Source of the DNA: Amphiscolops sp. MND2022
Taxonomy: Eukaryota
Assembly (NCBI GenBank): GCA_964187785.1
Contig: OZ076409.1
Span: 86,988,001-87,052,000 of the forward strand
Direction of reading: 5' to 3'
Length of the DNA: 64,000 nt
Shown: one piece after another, positions 59,810 through 64,000 of the stretch
How positions within the stretch are numbered: the stretch's first letter is position 1
Layout of the letters: the number at the start of each line of letters is the position of its first letter
Program-made: the position numbers and the translations under genes
The notes under the pieces: generated by a model
Databases searched by the model: none
What the model saw: only the letters and a program-made list of their open reading frames with translations
Told to the model about the DNA's origin: nothing

Positions 59810-59965
59810 TGTCTGTCATGGCTCGTTCATGGAAAATCATCCATGATCATGGATTTTTCGACACATTCTTCCATGGAAAATCATGGATGGCCCATGGCAG
59901 AGCATGGCCCCATGGATCATCATCCATGATTTTGACCCATGATTCATCCATGATGAGCCATGTTG
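59810..59965. repeat. CATG-rich low-complexity repeat
   Basis: Repeated CCATGG/TCATGG units; a similar tract lies near 1250-1315. Confidence 0.6.
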
Positions 59966-60932
59966 AAAATTTCGTTCAAAGTCGAAAATTTTCTCTTATT
60001 GTGTCAGTTTTTGTCTCTTCTGTCTTTTTTCTGAGCCTCAGAGTCTGAGGGTTACCTTAATGGCCCGGGTAGCATTAAGGACGCTTTTCGGCACCGCGTA
60101 TCCTGAAGCCGCGAGATAGGTAAGAGTTTTGTTATCATTAGGTGTGTTTTTGATGGTTTTGGGGATGGTTTCTGATGAAAATGCGTATTTTCAGATCAAT
60201 TTTAGAGAAAATGTAGAATTATTCTAGTTTGTATCTAGATCAATGCCTCGTCCGAATTTCGAACTCAATTCTGCATCTATATGGTCTAATACCTATGAAT
60301 CGTATTGTAGTTTTGCTGTCTTCATGTCTTTTTTTCGAGAAATCTTGTTACAAAACGCTTCTTTTCAGATCAATTTTAGAGAAAATGTAGAATTATTCTA
60401 GCTTGTATCGAGATCGTAGTGATATCCATATGGCTTGTAACGTAGATGATGTATTTTCTATAGATTCCATTCCATGCAGTTTAGAAACGAAACAGTTTTG
60501 TGTTTTTATTTTCTTCTTCCATCATGAAATTTAGGCATCACAACAAGAGCTGTATTGGCACAGCAATTTGTTTTTGTGTACTCATGGGTCGCTTCTTAAC
60601 CTCAACTGTGTAAAAAAGAATAAGCAAGGGGACATTGAAAACTAAATTAGTGTGTACTGATCGGAAACCTAGTTCATGCTTTGGGTTTCCGGAAATATTT
60701 TCAAAACACATACTTCATTTGGGTTTTGCATGGCATGACCTCCAAAAAATGTCACCTTTGCGAATGAAGCGCACCGCTGATAGTTTTGTACATCAAATAC
60801 GAAGTCGTCTTTATTATTTTCCCAATACTTAGGAAACAAAAAACAGTTTTAGCTTGAGATTTTTTTTCCGACTGCTTTTGCCAATAGCTAATACAATATG
60901 TTCGCACTCGAAGTAAAATACTTTTCAGGTGC

Positions 60933-62613
60933 TGTTGGAGGTCCCTACGGCGTAAGACGACGTCGCAGTGGAACCACCATTTTGCTTATCTCTTTCTTCA
61001 TTCTGGCTTATGATCTTCTCCATCATAGATTTTAACATTGCCATTTCGTCGTGTAGGCGATTAAACCTTTCTTCGTTTTCACGTTGTGTAGAATTTTCGT
61101 TGGTTGGCGAATTTCTACCAGACTGGTTTATTTCATCTGCGGAATTGCTAGAAGATTCCATGTTCGGGCTAAGACTAAGATTTGTATTTTTAGCAGGAGA
61201 ATGCGGTGATAAATTCGTTAGTACTTTGCCGTTTCTAAGTACTTTAGCTGACTCAATACTCATATGCGAGGAAAAGTACGAATGTAGGATAAGAGTTGAA
61301 TTGCGAAAGAATGTAGCTTAAGGTCTATCGATTGAATATGTTTAAGAGCAGGCAAGGCAAGTACTCGAACAGTGTAGCTATAGCGTTGTGTTGGTAAATT
61401 GGTGGCCCCCTCACCAGATCGATGGTAAGACTCAATTCTTACCATCGCTTCGTTCTCATTGGTCGTTGTGTGTGGTGCTAATTAGCACTTGGTCATGTGA
61501 CCGGTTTCCTGCAAGTCGCAAGAGGGCTACCAACTATAAATCGCGCGCTAAATCCTTTTGAAACAATTAGCATGAATTTATAATGAACTAACACCGACAG
61601 GCGCTTGTCCTGAGTCATGGTAATTACTGCAAGTGCTCTAAATTGATGTAAAATGGACAGAAATCAAGTTCTGAACTTCCGAGATGTATAAATGATGATT
61701 TGCTAGCACTGAATGAATTACAAGGTAAAATACAACAAGTTTTGTCGTTTCCCCATCGTTTTACACCAGTTGATCACATTAGTATGGTAGTGGATGAAAT
61801 ACAGATGAAAGGGGTGTAGTCGGTGGTCTGCGTGATCAACTAGATGTGAAAACGATGAATCGTGTGAGCAGGGGAGAGTAATTCAATAGGTGGGAGTAGT
61901 TTCATCGTTTCTTCATCGTCAGTGACTTTCGTCCTTTGCGATGTCTAAACGATGAAAGATTTTCATCGTTTCTTCATCGCTTGTATGTTCGCGATAAGCT
62001 AACAAATATTAACGATGTATAAACGATGAAACATTTCCATCGGTTTTACATCGTCGTGTAAGTTAGCGTCAATTGAAGAAACAACAAGTTTCATCGGTTT
62101 CACATCGTCATTCTAAATTCTCTTTCCTGACTGTGCTATGTGGCCAGACGATGTATTATAGATGAAACTTGTTTACTTTGTACTGGAATAAGAGATTCAG
62201 CACAGATTTCATCGTTTTAGCATCTTCAATCAATTATTAGACTTGTCACGTTAGTTTGCTCTGAGGCAGGAGCTTCCTAACAGTCTTAGTTCTATTTTCT
62301 CCATTTAGCGGTCCAGTTTGACCGAGAAAGCTATCCTCTTTTCTCGTGACAAGCCATTAAATATAAAATAGCATCATTTGCTTATTAGCACGATCATGAA
62401 TTGCGGACAAACGGAACTAGAATGCTCAGTATTAAATAAATAAATAGCTCAAATCTCACTGGGGAAATGGGATTAGGTATAAGTAACGTAGGGTTGCTCA
62501 CAACCATAGATCTTATTATATGACATCATATTGCCCATATCTAAGTACATAAGACATTTTTATTTACATTACAGATTTTTAGTAGATTATAATTCCATCA
62601 TGCTGGCATGACA
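60933..62613 (-). mobile_element. Solo Gypsy LTR (1681 bp)
   Basis: TG...CA termini, perfect GGTGC TSD (60928-60932, 62614-62618); intact gag-leader ORF 61263-60925 (MSIESAKVLRNGK...) reading out of the LTR. Confidence 0.88.
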
Positions 62614-62693
62614 GGTGCCCTATAGTTTGACGTGAATTGCTCTACATGGTGAGTGAGTTCCATCCAATGCGTGGACGTGGTTTAGAGAAAGGC

Positions 62694-63238
62694 TTTTAGT
62701 CGGCGCTTCATTACGTGAAACGCGACTTTTATAGTGACTCTTTTTTTCAAGCCACTCGAACTGAACAAAATAGTTCTACAAAGTTCTAGGAAATTTTATC
62801 TTGTCAAATGGAACCATTTGACCTAGCGAACTGAATTAAAAAACGTGTTCTTTTTTTCCACGTAACATACAATACCGGACGAGACCGAAAGGTCCACCTT
62901 TCATTTTTTTGATATTTTGCAACTGAAGGGATGTTGAAAAAGCCCCCAAAGGGCCCCCTACTACACCTTTTGGCACTATGAGACTGTTCAAAATTATCTT
63001 TTTTCGTTTTTTTTGACAATTTTTTTAATGCCTCCAAAGGGTCCCCCTTTTTTGATATTTTGCAACAAACTGAATTTTCAAGAAGCCCAAAGGGTCCCCC
63101 CTTTTACAGTTTTCGGCATTGTGAGATTTTTCTAATTGGTTGTTTTTCGACTTGAAAATTGTTTTTTTTTGTTTTTAAAACCTTTTCGTTTTTTGAGCCT
63201 CAGATATAGCGCCGACTTTAGACGTTCCCTTCTTGTTT
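62694..63238 (+). mobile_element. Helentron/DINE-1-like non-autonomous element
   Basis: Same termini and AAAGGGTCCCCC units as 31598-32229. Confidence 0.7.
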
Positions 63239-63381
63239 ATTGTGAAGTGACGAAAGAATTCGCATCACTCAATCAATGAGAGAAACCATTCTAACAGGTT
63301 TTCTTGTTGTTCTCTGTTCAAAATATATGTTCTTTGAGCTTGAAAGCTTCATCGTTTGCTTTTTTGGCTCTGTGAGATTAT

Positions 63382-63950
63382 TAACAAACCGGGAAAGGCA
63401 TAAGTCGGCGCCATACCAAAGGCACAAAAATAGCAAAAGGACTTCCAAGTTTCGAGTATTTTCTTTTACAGTACTCAAACATCGAAAAACCAAAAGAAAT
63501 GGACCAAGTGGCGCGCCGGGGCCAGCTAGCGCGAGCCCCTGGCGCGCTAAAAGGATGACACTTTCGAAATTGTCAACATTTTTGTTGCAACTGACGGGGG
63601 GACCCTTTGGAGAAAAAAATTTTCGAAAAAAGTCTCACATTGCCAAAAAATTGAAAAGGGGGACCCTCTTAAGATTTTTCAACATTCACTCTGTTGTAAA
63701 ATATCATAGAAACTAAAGGGGGACCTTTTGGAGGAAAAAAAATTCAAAACAAAAGTCTCACAATACCAAAATACTGAACGGGGACACCCTTTGGGGTTTT
63801 TCAACATCCATTCTGTCGCAAAACATCAAAAAATTGAAGGGGGACCCTTTGGGGAAAAAATTCCCGAAAACAAAGTCTCGCAGTGCCGAAAAAAAATGAA
63901 AGGGGGGACCCTTTCGTCTCGCCCGGTATGGTATGTTACGCAGGAAAGCA
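63382..63950 (-). mobile_element. Helentron/DINE-1-like element, interrupted by an LTR starting at 63953
   Basis: Reverse-complement copy (AAGTCGGCGCCAT, GGGGACCCTTT units); followed by LTR terminus TGTCGCGGGCTGCC. Confidence 0.6.
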
Positions 63951-64000
63951 GGTGTCGCGGGCTGCCGCCTGCGATGGGAATTTCTACACAATAAGCTACA

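Noticed and set aside
741..63965. Inverted termini at 750 and 63953 as ends of one giant element
   Set aside because: Both are LTR 5' termini of separate insertions pointing outward, and the flanks (AGCAG, GCAGG) are not an exact TSD.

Overview
This is AT-rich eukaryotic DNA, most likely from an invertebrate animal (spliceosomal introns, a sacsin-like gene, BEL/Gypsy/CR1-type retroelements), and it is made almost entirely of nested transposable elements. The one clear host gene is a minus-strand sacsin-like gene: a 6.4-kb exon (39122-32710) splices in frame across a 14.8-kb TE-filled intron to a HEPN-type last exon (17885-17544). The main element is a young 16.1-kb Gypsy LTR retrotransposon (40912-57039; 2.38-kb LTRs about 99% identical; TTTAG target-site duplication; intact gag and pol) inserted into a CR1/L2-type LINE. 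Between pol and its 3' LTR it carries a 7-exon ANTISENSE gene of about 1,080 codons that looks like a catalytically dead hAT transposase with an intact zinc finger. A short acidic ORF with SUMO-interacting-like motifs diverges from that gene across a repeat-rich putative bidirectional promoter. A decayed homologue of the antisense gene lies in the same position in an older Gypsy remnant near 3-5.7 kb, so the cassette appears to be a conserved lineage feature. Also present: a BEL/Pao element with an extra SGNH-like ORF, a non-autonomous Gypsy whose LTR is packed with GGAC-N5-GTCC sites, two solo LTRs, MITEs and Helentron-type short repeats. All calls were made by eye, without database searches.
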